Shown: positions 22,059 through 31,445, counted from the stretch's first letter. The stretch: DNA of 64,000 bases from an uncultured Actinomycetes bacterium (GCA_963778545.1 CAVZUW010000012.1:192194-256193), one strand, 5' to 3'. Program-made: numbers and translations. The notes: generated from the sequence alone by a model not told the origin.

Positions 22059-23333
22059 ATGGTTATCAGGGTTCCCGACCAGCGCAAGACGCCGGGCGGC
22101 TATGCCGCCCTGGACGACCGACTCCTGGTTCTGGACTTCCAGGCGGGCAACCCCCAGGCCTTCGTCGAGATCCACAACCGGTACGGGGCGTTGGCTCGTC
22201 ACGTCTGCCAGCGCTTCCTGCCCCAGCAGCAGGACGCGGACGAGGCCTTCCAGGAGACGATGATCCGGGTCTTCCAGGGGCTCTACCGCTTCAACGGCCG
22301 GTACGCCCTCCAGCCCTGGATCGCCAGGATCGCCAAGAACGTCTCGCTCGACCACCTCCGTGGGCGGGCCCGGAGGCCGCAAGCCGACGACTCGGCGCCG
22401 GCGAGCGACGAGCTGGCGATGCCCGGCGACGAGGCCGACGAGATCGTCGAGCGACTCGTCCAGCGCGACACGGTGCTCTCGGTGCTCTCCGACCTGCCCG
22501 AGACCCACCGGCGCGCGCTCATGCTCCGCGAGATCGAGGGGCGCTCGCACCGCGAGGTCGCCCAGGAGATGGAGATCTCGCCCTCGCAGGCCAAGGCCCT
22601 GATCCACCGCGCGAAGGGGAGCTTCCGCCGACTGTGGCTCGAGAAGGTCGCCGACCGCGGCGGGCTGATGGGGTTCGCCTTCCTGCCGCTGCTGTGGCTG
22701 GCACAGGCGCTCGAACGGCTTCCGACGGGTCGCGGATCGGGTGGGCTTCGCGGCGCAGAGCGCCCAGGCGGCCGTGCCGGAAGCGGTCACGTCCGCGGTG
22801 AGCACGACGGCGGCCCCGGTGGCTTCGAGCGGTGTCGGCGAGCGCCTGGTCGCGGCGGGCATGACCTTGCTCCTGGCCGGGGGCGTCACGGTGGGCGCCG
22901 CCAAGATCGTGAGCGACCGGGCCGAGCCAGGAGCCCCCGCCCGCGCCGAGGTGACGCCGCAGCGGCGACCGGTGGTGCGGACGATCGCATCGTCCCGCCG
23001 GTCGACGAGGATCCGCGCGTGAAGGCGACGGGCGGCAAGCACGAGATCAAGGCGGAGCCGCCGGTCGTCCTGCCCGAGCCCGAGCCCCGCCGTGGAGCCC
23101 GAGGACCGGCCGTGGAGACGCCGCCCGGAGCCGAGCCCGGAACCGTCGCCGACACCCTCGCCCGAACCCACCCCGGCCCCGGCGCCGGCCTGGTCGTTCG
23201 AGCTTCACGTCGTCGACCGAATCCGTCGAGACGTGTTCGTGCTCTCCGCGATGGTGCAGCTGGTCGGTTCGCAGTTCGATCACGCGCAGGACGGCTTCAC
23301 GTTCTCGCAGAACATCCGAGGAGGCACCCGTGA
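22059..23333 (+). CDS. ECF (group IV sigma-70) sigma factor; ORF continues past region 4 into a TM segment and low-complexity read-through
   Basis: Region 2 (FQETMIRVFQGLYRFNGRYALQPWIARIAKNVSLDHLR) and region 4 (LPETHRRALMLREIEGRSHREVAQEMEISPSQAKALIHRAKGSF). No stop after region 4. A hydrophobic stretch GGLMGFAFLPLLWLAQAL follows. Beyond about 22715 this frame looks non-coding (RG-rich). Confidence 0.8.
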   Translation: MVIRVPDQRKTPGGYAALDDRLLVLDFQAGNPQAFVEIHNRYGALARHVCQRFLPQQQDADEAFQETMIRVFQGLYRFNGRYALQPWIARIAKNVSLDHLRGRARRPQADDSAPASDELAMPGDEADEIVERLVQRDTVLSVLSDLPETHRRALMLREIEGRSHREVAQEMEISPSQAKALIHRAKGSFRRLWLEKVADRGGLMGFAFLPLLWLAQALERLPTGRGSGGLRGAERPGGRAGSGHVRGEHDGGPGGFERCRRAPGRGGHDLAPGRGRHGGRRQDRERPGRARSPRPRRGDAAAATGGADDRIVPPVDEDPRVKATGGKHEIKAEPPVVLPEPEPRRGARGPAVETPPGAEPGTVADTLARTHPGPGAGLVVRASRRRPNPSRRVRALRDGAAGRFAVRSRAGRLHVLAEHPRRHP

Positions 23334-23765
23334 CTCCGAGGGCGACCTGACCTGGCCGTTCTCGCTCCTGCTGTGGGGGGAGGTTCGGTCCGAGGCCGGC
23401 CAGGTCGACTTCCGCCTCACCCTGACCTCGGGCGCAGGGAACTACCTCTACGGTGGGTCGGGGGTCCTGGCCGAGGTCGACGGAGCTGGAGGACGGCGCC
23501 GCCGAGCTATCGCTTCGAGGGTACCGTTCGAGCGCTCAGGAACGATCGCCAGTCGGTGGCGGGGCTGCCCTCGAGGGGGTTCGTGAGCGCCACGATCAGG
23601 GTCTGGCCGGATGGGACGATCTACGCGGGCTCGCTTCTCGCTCGAAGACGTCCCGGCCTGATTCCCCCACGAGCAGCAACCTTTCGCCGACCCGGTCGTT
23701 ATCTAGAGATGGACAAGCACGAGGACGACCCTGTTCGAGAGGGGGAAGGCTCGCTCCCGGCGTAG
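22741..23765 (+). other. probable continuation of the sigma-factor ORF in alternating frames: second TM helix, Pro-rich linker, extracytoplasmic beta-rich domain
   Basis: Frame +1 gives AAQSAQAAVPEAV...LVAAGMTLLLAGGVTVGAAKIV. Next comes KAEPPVVLPEPEP / PEPSPEPSPTPSPEPTPAPAPA, then WSFELHVVDRIRRDVFVLSAMVQLVG...GAGNYLYGGSGVLAEVDG, then SYRFEGTVRALRNDRQSVAGLPSRGFVSATIRVWPDGTIYAG. Frame switches fall near 22715, 22960, 23090 and 23490. Confidence 0.45.
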
Positions 23766-23802
23766 AGCCGAAGGGAGCCGGGGAGTGGGATGCGGCCGAG
23801 TG

Positions 23803-23830
23803 TTGACTGGCATCGCCAGCGGCATACCAT
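23803..23830 (+). promoter_or_regulatory. sigma-70-like promoter TTGACT-N16-TACCAT upstream of RTX paralog A
   Basis: TTGACT at 23803-23808 and TACCAT at 23825-23830. RBS GGAGGAGAGAAAGGAG lies before ATG 23910. Confidence 0.4.
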
Positions 23831-23909
23831 CGGCCGACTTCCCTGCAGGGCGCTTGCGTCCCTGCGTGGCAAAGGATCTGTGTTGGACGGAGGAGAGAAA
23901 GGAGCTCAT

Positions 23910-25810
23910 ATGAGTTTCCTCCGTAAAGGAGTACGGCGCCGGGGGAGGGTAGCGACCGCTCTGACGACCGTCGGAGCGCTCGCGGCCTTCCAGGTCCTGG
24001 CGATCATCGGGGCGGGGGCGGCGTCGGCCGTAACCGGCTGCACGTACAACCTGGCCACCGGCACGATCAACATCACGATCGACCCGGGCGAAGATCGCGG
24101 CGTCGCCGTCGAGAGACGCGAACGACCTCGACCCGGAGTCGCCTGCCGGCGCGATCCTGTTCAGCGCCGACTGGACGGCTTCGAAACGGTGCTGCAGCAC
24201 GCAGTGCGGGAGCGCCAGCGAACACGAACACACGTGCGATCGTCGTCCTCGGCTCGCCGGGCAACGATGAGGAATTCTACATCGACGAGGCGGTGGAACG
24301 GCGGCGGCACGTTCAACACCGCGATCGCGTGGGCGGTCGACATCGGGCTCGAACACGTCGGCGACTTCGACGACGTCGTCCTGCTTGCGGACGGCACGGC
24401 GACAACGACGACGCGATCACGCTGACCGACGGCGGCGTTCGACCTGAACGGCGCCGCCGGCGACGGTCCTCGGCGTCGAGAAGTTCCACGTCGTGCGGCG
24501 GTGCGACGGCGACGACGTGATCGACGGCGGCCGGCTGTCAACCTCGTCACTGCTCGACGCGGTCGGCAACGACGGCGACTGAGGTCGCGCTCGGCGCGCA
24601 GGCCGGCTCCCGAACGCCCTCGGCTCGGCGAGATCGTCGCCGGCGGCGCCGGCGTCGACACGCTGAGCTACGCGCACGCGGACGACCGCCGCGTCGTCAT
24701 CGATGCGCGGCGGCGACGGCCGGCCACGACGCCAACGGCGACTGCGACGTCGCCGACGCCGGCGACGAGCAGGACACCATCATCGACTGCTTCGAGATCT
24801 CGAGACCGGCTCGGGCAACGACATGCTCGTCGATGGCGCATGCGGCGCCGACGAGAACTAGGCTCCCGGGTGACGGTGACGACGACATCACCGGCAACGG
24901 CGACGACGACGTGCTCGACTGGTCGGGCTCCTCGCGCCGGCATGACGATCGACACCGGCGCTCGGTACCGCGACGGGCCAGGGTGCCGACACGTTCGACG
25001 GACGTCGACCAACTTCATCGGCTCGCCGTTCGATGACACCCTCGATCTGGGACGACTGGACGTGGACACGTTCGTCGGTGGGGACGGGGTCGACACGGTC
25101 GACGCGTCCGCGCTGACGACCGGGCCAGTCGATCGACCTCGACGACCTGGACGATCGGCGTCTGCCCGCTCGGGACCGGTCACGGCCGACAGCCTGGAGA
25201 ACGCGATCGGCGGCTCGGGCAACGACAACCTGGACGGCAACGACATCCGCAACATGCTCGACGGCGGCGACGGTGACGACGTGCTGAGCGGCGCGGCCGG
25301 GAACGACACCCTGCTCGGTGGGGACGGCAACGACACCTACATCGGTGGCACCGGCGCCGACAGGGTCAGCTTCGCCAACTCCCCGCAGAAGGTGAACGTG
25401 GACCTGAGCCTCGGGTTCGCGACCGGTGAGGGCGACGACACCTTCGTCGACGGAGTCGAGATCATCCTCGGCTCGGCCTTCAACGACACATCACCGGTGG
25501 CCCGTTCGGCGGCGGTGGCACGGTCAACTTCCTGTTCGTCGGCAAGAAGGGGAACGACACCCTGACCGGGTTCAGCGGCAACGACACCCTCAAGGGTGGC
25601 GGCGGCAACGACATCCTGCGGGGCGTCGGCGGCGACGACACCATGCTGGCCGCGGCCGGCAACGACCGCCTCTTCGGTGGCGGCGGTACCGACATCGGCA
25701 AGGGTGGCAAGGGCAACGACACCTGCACAAGGTCGAGATCAAGACGAGCTGCGGGAAGAAGGGCAACCCCGCAGCCCCGCAGACCGGAGTCGCGGGCAGG
25801 CTCGAACTAG
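23910..25810 (+). pseudogene. RTX paralog A: Sec-signal protein with hemolysin-type Ca-binding nonapeptide repeats, heavily frame-disrupted (at least 10 breaks)
   Basis: MSFLRKGVRRRGRVATALTTVGALAAFQVLAIIGAGAASA | VTGCTYNLATGTINITIDPGE. GGxGxDxLx arrays appear in shifting frames (GGSGNDNLDGNDIRNMLDGGDGDDVLSGAAGNDTLLGGDGNDTYIGGTGADRVSF; GNDTLTGFSGNDTLKGGGGNDILRGVGGDDTMLAAAGNDRLFGGGGTDIGKGGKGNDTC). The 3' end is taken as TAG 25808-25810, just before the terminator. Confidence 0.7.
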
Positions 25811-25840
25811 AGCTGACCGCAGTTCCGAAGGCACCGAGGG

Positions 25841-25874
25841 ACCGGCCCCCGAAAGGGGGCCGGTTCCTTTTCTT
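25841..25874 (+). terminator. rho-independent terminator
   Basis: Perfect 10-bp stem ACCGGCCCCC / GGGGGCCGGT with a GAAA loop, followed by TCCTTTTCTT. Confidence 0.8.
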
Positions 25875-25893
25875 GCGGTTGTCCACCGAACGG

Positions 25894-25919
25894 GGAACCG
25901 GATCTATCCGCCGTCCGTC
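25894..25919 (+). promoter_or_regulatory. ECF-type promoter-like motif GGAACC-N16-CGTC upstream of RTX paralog B
   Basis: GGAACC at 25894-25899, a 16-nt spacer, and CGTC at 25916-25919, 75 nt before ATG 25994. Confidence 0.45.
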
Positions 25920-25921
25920 GA

Positions 25922-25950
25922 TTGAATGGCGCCTAGCACCCCTATAGGGT
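25922..25950 (+). promoter_or_regulatory. sigma-70-like promoter TTGAAT-N17-TAGGGT
   Basis: TTGAAT at 25922-25927 and TAGGGT at 25945-25950, in the only AT-enriched stretch of the intergenic region. Confidence 0.35.
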
Positions 25951-25993
25951 TGGCGCGAGCTCATCTAGTGGTCTTGGCGAGGGAGGTCCGAAG

Positions 25994-27759
25994 ATGCGAG
26001 GTTCGATCCGGTCCAGAACGCGCGACCGTCGGAGGGACTCGATCACGGGCGTGGTGGTCGCTGCGGCGGCACTGTTGCTGCCGCTGGTGGTACTCCTTCC
26101 ACCTGCCTCGGCGGCGGTCACTTGCAATGCGCGCTGGTGGCGGCGACGTTGACGTCACCATGGCGTCGGGCGACTCGGTCACGATCTCGATGGCCGGTGC
26201 GGGCGACATCGCCGTGACCCCGAGTCGTGGACGCCAGCTGCGACGGCGCACACGGATGCCACTGTCGACACTGATCGACGTCAACGGGCACAGCTGGCAA
26301 TGAATCCGTCACGATCAACGAAACGGTGGGGGCACCGCCTTCAACAGCGACGACGACTTCAACATCGATCGGTGGCGCAGCGGCACGGACTCGCTCACCA
26401 TCCTGGGTACCGGCGGCGCCGACACCATCACGTTCGACGCCGTTCGTCAGTGAACGGGGCCGACATGACGTGCGACGGGTGTCGATAACTTCACGGTGAA
26501 CGCCGGCGCGCGGTGCTGACAACGATGAACGGTGGGACGTTCGCGACCGGCGCTCACACGTGAATGGCGGCGACGGGGCCGACAGCCTCACCGGTGGCAC
26601 CGGCAACGACACCATCAACGGAGGCCCCGGAAACGAGCAACGACACCCTCAACGGCGGCGCGCGGAACCGATCTCCTGACCGTACTCGGGCGTCAGCGCC
26701 GCCCTGACCGTTAGCCTCGCGACGACCGCCGCGCAGACCACCGGTGGTGCGGGGAGCGACACGATCTCGAACTTCGAGAACCTCACCGGCGGATCGGGCG
26801 GTGACACGCTGACGGGATCCTCGGCGGCGAACACCATCAATGGAGCCGCCGGCGACGACACCATCAACGGGGGCGATGGCAACGACGTCCTGAACGGGGA
26901 CGACGGCAACGACACGCTCCGAGGTGAGGGTGGCGACGACACCATCAACGGCGGCGCCGGAACGGACACCGCGAGCTACTCGACCACTTCAGGCGCCGTC
27001 ACCGTGAGCCTGGCGGTCGCCACCGCCCAGACCACGGGTTCCGCGGGGAGCGACACGATCCCCGCCGGCACGGAGAACCTGACCGGCGGATCGGGCGGGG
27101 ACAGCCTCACGGGTAGCACCGGCAACAACGTGCTCTCCGGAGGAGCCGGTGACGATTCCCTGAACGGCGGTGACGGCAACGACACGCTGAACGGAGACGA
27201 CGGCAACGACACGCTCTCCGGCGGCAACGGCGACGACGCCGTCAACGGCGGCAACGGATCGGACACCGCGAACTACGGTGCGGCGGCCGCTGGCGTGACC
27301 GTGAACCTGTCCACGAACTCGGCGACCGGGGAGGGGACCGACGCGCTGACGGGCGTCGAGAACGCGACCGGATCCTCGCACGACGACAACCTCACCGGTG
27401 GAGCCGACGCGAACCAGCTCCGCGGGGGGAGCGGGAACGACGTCATCGGCGGAGGAGGCGGAGGCGACACCTTGAAGGGTGGCAGCGGGGTCGACTCGAT
27501 CAACGGACAGGCCGACGCCGATGTCGTGGCCGGAGGCGCCGACAATGACAACGTCAAGGGCGGCGACGGCAACGACACCGTCAAGGGTGGCGGCGGAGCC
27601 GACACCGCGGGCGGCGGGGGCGGCAACGATGACGTCCTCGGCGGGAACGGCAACGACAAGCTGACCGGCGGGGCGGGCAACGACCACCTCAAGGGCGGCT
27701 CGGGCAGGGACAACTGCAACGGCGGGTCGGGCAACGACTCGATCTCGGGCTGCGAGTAG
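25994..27759 (+). pseudogene. RTX paralog B: about 10 frame breaks in the first 690 nt, intact RTX-repeat C-terminal 1080 nt
   Basis: RBS GAGGGAGG. MRGSIRSRTRDRRRDSITGVVVAAAALLLPLVVLLPPASA | AVTC. N-domain pieces sit in three frames (GGGDVDVTMASGDSVTISMAGAGDIAVTPS; VVDASCDGA; GTAGNESVTINETVGAP; FNSDDDFNID...TDSLTILGTGGADTITF). From 26680 there is a single open frame full of GGxGxDxLx repeats, ending ...GGSGRDNCNGGSGNDSISGCE*. Confidence 0.75.
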
Positions 27760-27783
27760 CGCGCACCGCATCTGGACCAGCGG

Positions 27784-27818
27784 AGCGGCCTCCGGTCATC
27801 GGGGGCCGCTTCGTTCGT
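27784..27818 (+). terminator. probable terminator hairpin after RTX paralog B
   Basis: AGCGGCCTCC / GGGGGCCGCT stem (one G-U pair), 7-nt loop, and a T-poor tail TCGTTCGT. Confidence 0.45.
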
Positions 27819-27964
27819 CCCGTTCCTGCGTTGCCCGGCCGGCGTCGGGTGCCATGCTAGGCTCGATCGCGTTCCGACCGGATGAACGATCTCGGCTGGA
27901 ACGGCGCCTCGCGGAGCGGAAGGACACGGTGGTGGCCGAACGACGACCGGACCGCACGAGGGTG

Positions 27965-28958
27965 ATGCCCCGGCTCAGGGCGGCGCTGTGCGTGCTCGTC
28001 CTCGGCGTGTTCTTCGTCGGCCTGAGCGCCGTCCCCGCGTCCGCCGCAACGTGTTCGGGCGAGGGCGACGTCACCATGACGGTCGATCTCGCGGGCGGAG
28101 AGGCGGTCACGCTCTCGCTGAGCGGGGCCGAGGATCCTCGCACCATCGACGTGACGCCGGGCGATCCGAGCTGTGGGGGATTCGACACGTCGACGGTCGC
28201 GACGATCCAGGTCAACGGCGCCGACGGGGACGAGAGCGTCACGATCGACCAGAGCCGGGAGTGCACCGTTCCCCCACCAGAGCACGATCTCGATCGGTCT
28301 CGCGCTCGGTGGTGGCGCCGACTCGCTGGTGATCGTCGGACAGACGACGGCCGACGAGATCGGGCTCGGGACCAACGGCATCAGCCTGGACGCGGGTGGC
28401 ACCCCGGACGTCACCGGTGTCGACACCGCCGAGAACGTCGGCGTCCGTGCCGGGGGAGGCGACGACGTGGTCTCGGGCAAGGAGGGCGCCGGGCTGGGTG
28501 ATGCGTTCGCCACGACGCTCACGATCGACGGCGAGGAAGGCAACGACGACCTCGCGGGTGGGAACGGCGACGACGCGATCGGCGGGGGCAGCGGGAACGA
28601 CACCCTCAAGGGCAGCGGAGGGGGCGACACCGTCGACGGGGGTGACGGCGACGACGTCGTCTCCGGCGGCGCGGCCAGCGACGTCCTCACGGGCGGCGGC
28701 AACGCGGACCGGCTGAAGGGCGGCGCGGACGCGGACACGATCGACGGCGGTGACGGCGTGGACAACCTCACCGGCGGCGGAGGCGCGGACACCCTCAACG
28801 GAGGCGAGGGCAACGACCGTCTCGAGGGCGGCGGGGGCGACGACCGCATCAAGGGGGAGAACGGCAAGGACCAGCTCTCCGGGGGTCCCGCAGAGGACTT
28901 CTGTCTCGGCGGCCCCGACCCCGACTCGATCACCGGCTGCGAGCACGGGCGCCCGTAG
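27965..28958 (+). CDS. RTX paralog C (shortest copy), single +1 frame break near 28257
   Basis: MPRLRAALCVLVLGVFFVGLSAVPASA | ATCSGEGDVTMTVDLAGGEAVTLSLSG...DVTPGDPSCGGFDTSTVATIQVNGADGDESVTIDQS. After dropping one C it continues GSAPFPHQSTISIGLALGGGADSLVIVG...RTX repeats...EDFCLGGPDPDSITGCEHGRP*. Confidence 0.8.
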
Positions 28959-28982
28959 GCTCGTGCGGCGTCCGGGGCGGGG

Positions 28983-30161
28983 CTAGGCCTCTCCCGGGTC
29001 GGGTCCGGGGAGCACCAGGACGGCGTTCGTGATGTGCCGCTCCCGCCCGTCCGAGGGCCGGTTCACGACCTCGCCGTCCACGACCATCTCGGAGGAGCCC
29101 CCGCCGTCGAGGTTCAGGGCGTCGACGGCGCCGAGATCTCGCAGGATCGTCCTCAGCTCGCCGAGCGTCGCCCCGCGCGACCAGTGCGGCCGGCGGCCGT
29201 CGATCACGACGAGGAGGATCTTGCCGTCGGCGGTCACGCCCAGACCGGTGCGCGGTTGGCGCGCGCACGAGGTGCAGATGGAGGTCGGTGCACCGTCCTT
29301 GAGCAGGATCGGATCACCGCCGACCGCGTCGAACACGTCCGGCCAACCGAGCGTCCAATGCAGGCGCATCGGGGTCCCGGGGGTGAGCGCGAGCAAGGTC
29401 TTCGATTCCTCGGTGCCGGGGGCGGTGGAGATCACGACGCCGCCGTTGCGGACCAGCGGCGACGCGGAGCACGAGGCCTCGTCGACGACGTAGTCCCGGT
29501 CGACGCCGTCGGGGTCGGCGGCCCGAGGCGGGCCGTCGGGCAGCATCCGGACCGAGCACGAGAAGGACGGCGGCGCCGCGAGCGTGCCTCCCAGGGGCGA
29601 GAACCCGATGATCTCGCCCGGCTCCGGCGCGCGCTGGTTCCATCGGTCCAGCGTGAAGACGCGGTCGCTGGATCGATCGGTCACGGTGACGCGGAGCCTG
29701 GGGTTCCCGAGGAAGGTTCGCGTCTCGTCGCGGCTGACGGCGAACATCTCGGCGCCCGGGCCGGCGGTGTGCAGGAGGTCGCCGTCCTGGGCGAACGGGT
29801 GCACGGTGTTGCCGAGCCCCTCACCCGGGTCGCCGTTCACGCCGGCGAGCGCCTCGTGGTTCCGAACGATCCGCGACAGCTCGCGTCGCGACGGCAAGGC
29901 ATCATCCGCGATCGTCGTGTCGAGCGTGATGGCCTTCGTCAGATCGATCTTGAGGACGAACGTCCGGAGCGGGATCTGGCGCCGCACGATCCGGATGAAG
30001 GTGAGGCCCGGGGCGATCTTCCTGGTCTTCACGATCGGGGCGCGAGGCCCGGAGAACGTCCGATCGGCTCCGGCCTCCTGCGGGGGGATGATCGCGAGCG
30101 CCAGGAGCACGGCCGCGGCCAGGGGGACCAGATGGCGGATGGTAGGGTGCACGGGTTTCAC
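28983..30161 (-). CDS. secreted phosphodiester glycosidase family protein (DUF2233/NAGPA-like)
   Basis: In-frame GTG at 30161 gives the signal anchor HLVPLAAAVLLALAIIPPQEAGA. C-terminal ALNLDGGGSSEMVV motif. The upstream 347 codons of the 739-aa ORF are antisense to the next gene and were discarded. Confidence 0.8.
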   Translation of the reverse strand: MKPVHPTIRHLVPLAAAVLLALAIIPPQEAGADRTFSGPRAPIVKTRKIAPGLTFIRIVRRQIPLRTFVLKIDLTKAITLDTTIADDALPSRRELSRIVRNHEALAGVNGDPGEGLGNTVHPFAQDGDLLHTAGPGAEMFAVSRDETRTFLGNPRLRVTVTDRSSDRVFTLDRWNQRAPEPGEIIGFSPLGGTLAAPPSFSCSVRMLPDGPPRAADPDGVDRDYVVDEASCSASPLVRNGGVVISTAPGTEESKTLLALTPGTPMRLHWTLGWPDVFDAVGGDPILLKDGAPTSICTSCARQPRTGLGVTADGKILLVVIDGRRPHWSRGATLGELRTILRDLGAVDALNLDGGGSSEMVVDGEVVNRPSDGRERHITNAVLVLPGPDPGEA

Positions 30162-30185
30162 GTCGGGACATCCTAGAGGGGGCCG

Positions 30186-31412
30186 GTGCGCACAGTCAGC
30201 CTTTTCGCGATCGCGCTCGTCGCGCTCATCGGGCTCGGCGCGACCGAGGCGACCGCCCAGTCGTCCGTGTGGGGTTCGAGCAACGGTGTGCTCGTGTTCC
30301 GCTCGGATCGGGACGGCGAACCCGACCTGTTCACCGTCGACGCCGGGGGCTCCGGCGCCGAGAACCTCACGCCCGCCTCCGGCGCCGCCGAGCTGCAGCC
30401 GGCGTGGTCGCCCGCGGGCGACCGGATCGTGTTCGTGCGGCGGGCGGGCATCACCGGCCGCGCGGACCTCTTCGTGGTGAATGCATCGGGGGGCGGACGC
30501 ACCCGGCTGACCTCCACACCGGTTCCCGAGCGGGATCCTTCGTGGTCGCCGAACGGCACCCTCATCGTCTACTCGGCCCGAACTCAGCCGGGCGAGCCCT
30601 TCCGGATCTTCGTTGCCAAGGCGGACGGCTCGGGTCGCGAACAGCTGACGACCCAGTCGGCGGGCTCCGCCGACCGGTCGCCCGTGTGGTCGCCCGACGG
30701 GACCCGCATCGCGTTCGTCTCGAACCGGGACGGCGGGTTCCCCGAGCTCTACATCATGTTCGCGGACGGGACCGGTGTCGTGCGCCTCACGAGCAACTCG
30801 TTCATCGACGCGAACCCGTCCTGGTCGCCCGACGGCAGCAGGCTCGTGTTCGAGCGGTGCTGCGAGGGCGGCACCTCGGATCTGTTCGCGATCGACGTCG
30901 CCACCCGTGCCGAGGTGAACCTGTCGAACTCCGGGGACCAGCAGGAGTTCGACCCCGTCTGGTCGCCCGACGGGACGCGGATCGCGTTCGTCTCGTTCGC
31001 GGTCGGCCAGGGCAACCTCGACATCTGGGTGATGGACGCCGACGGCTCGAACCCGGTCCGGCTCACGCAGGAAGCCGGCCCGGATCTCTCGCCCGACTGG
31101 CAACCGCTGCCCGTGTGCACGATCAACGGGACCGAGCAGGTCGACGACCTCAGGGGCACCGACGCGAGCGATGTGATCTGCGCGCTCGGGAGCGACGATC
31201 ACGTCAAGGCGCTCGGCGGCGACGACCTCGTGCTCGGCGGGAAGGGGAACGACGCGCTCGAGGGCCAGGAGGGTGCGGACGCCCTGTACGGGGAGGGCGG
31301 CGACGACGCGCTGCAGGGCGGCCCCACGTACGACGTCCTCGACGGAGGCTCGGGCACCGACACGTGCAACCGGGGCGCCGACGGCGCCGCGCGACGGCTC
31401 TGCGAGCTCTGA
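30186..31412 (+). CDS. secreted TolB-like PD40 beta-propeller protein with C-terminal RTX-type repeats
   Basis: Signal peptide MRTVSLFAIALVALIGLGATEATA. Repeated (P)xWSPDG(T/S)RI(A/V)F motifs, five to six copies. The tail GGDDLVLGGKGNDALEGQEGADALYGEGGDDALQGG ends in C..C. Confidence 0.8.
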   Translation: MRTVSLFAIALVALIGLGATEATAQSSVWGSSNGVLVFRSDRDGEPDLFTVDAGGSGAENLTPASGAAELQPAWSPAGDRIVFVRRAGITGRADLFVVNASGGGRTRLTSTPVPERDPSWSPNGTLIVYSARTQPGEPFRIFVAKADGSGREQLTTQSAGSADRSPVWSPDGTRIAFVSNRDGGFPELYIMFADGTGVVRLTSNSFIDANPSWSPDGSRLVFERCCEGGTSDLFAIDVATRAEVNLSNSGDQQEFDPVWSPDGTRIAFVSFAVGQGNLDIWVMDADGSNPVRLTQEAGPDLSPDWQPLPVCTINGTEQVDDLRGTDASDVICALGSDDHVKALGGDDLVLGGKGNDALEGQEGADALYGEGGDDALQGGPTYDVLDGGSGTDTCNRGADGAARRLCEL

Positions 31413-31445
31413 GACCGGGTCCGAACCGTACCCGCGAGGCCGGCG

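Noticed and set aside
25955-26020. GGTTCGATCC T-arm-like sequence, considered as a possible tRNA fragment or att site paired with tRNA-Leu at 14331.
   Set aside because: No acceptor or anticodon stems can be drawn. The sequence is the RBS and first codons (MRGSIRS) of RTX paralog B. No other copy of the tRNA 3' end and no integrase is present in the window.
23910-28958. Reading the RTX proteins as classical T1SS-secreted toxins (hemolysin/adenylate-cyclase type).
   Set aside because: There are no ABC exporter, MFP or TolC genes and no acyltransferase. The proteins have N-terminal Sec signal peptides and Cys-containing C-termini rather than a T1SS signal, and they lack a pore-forming hydrophobic domain.
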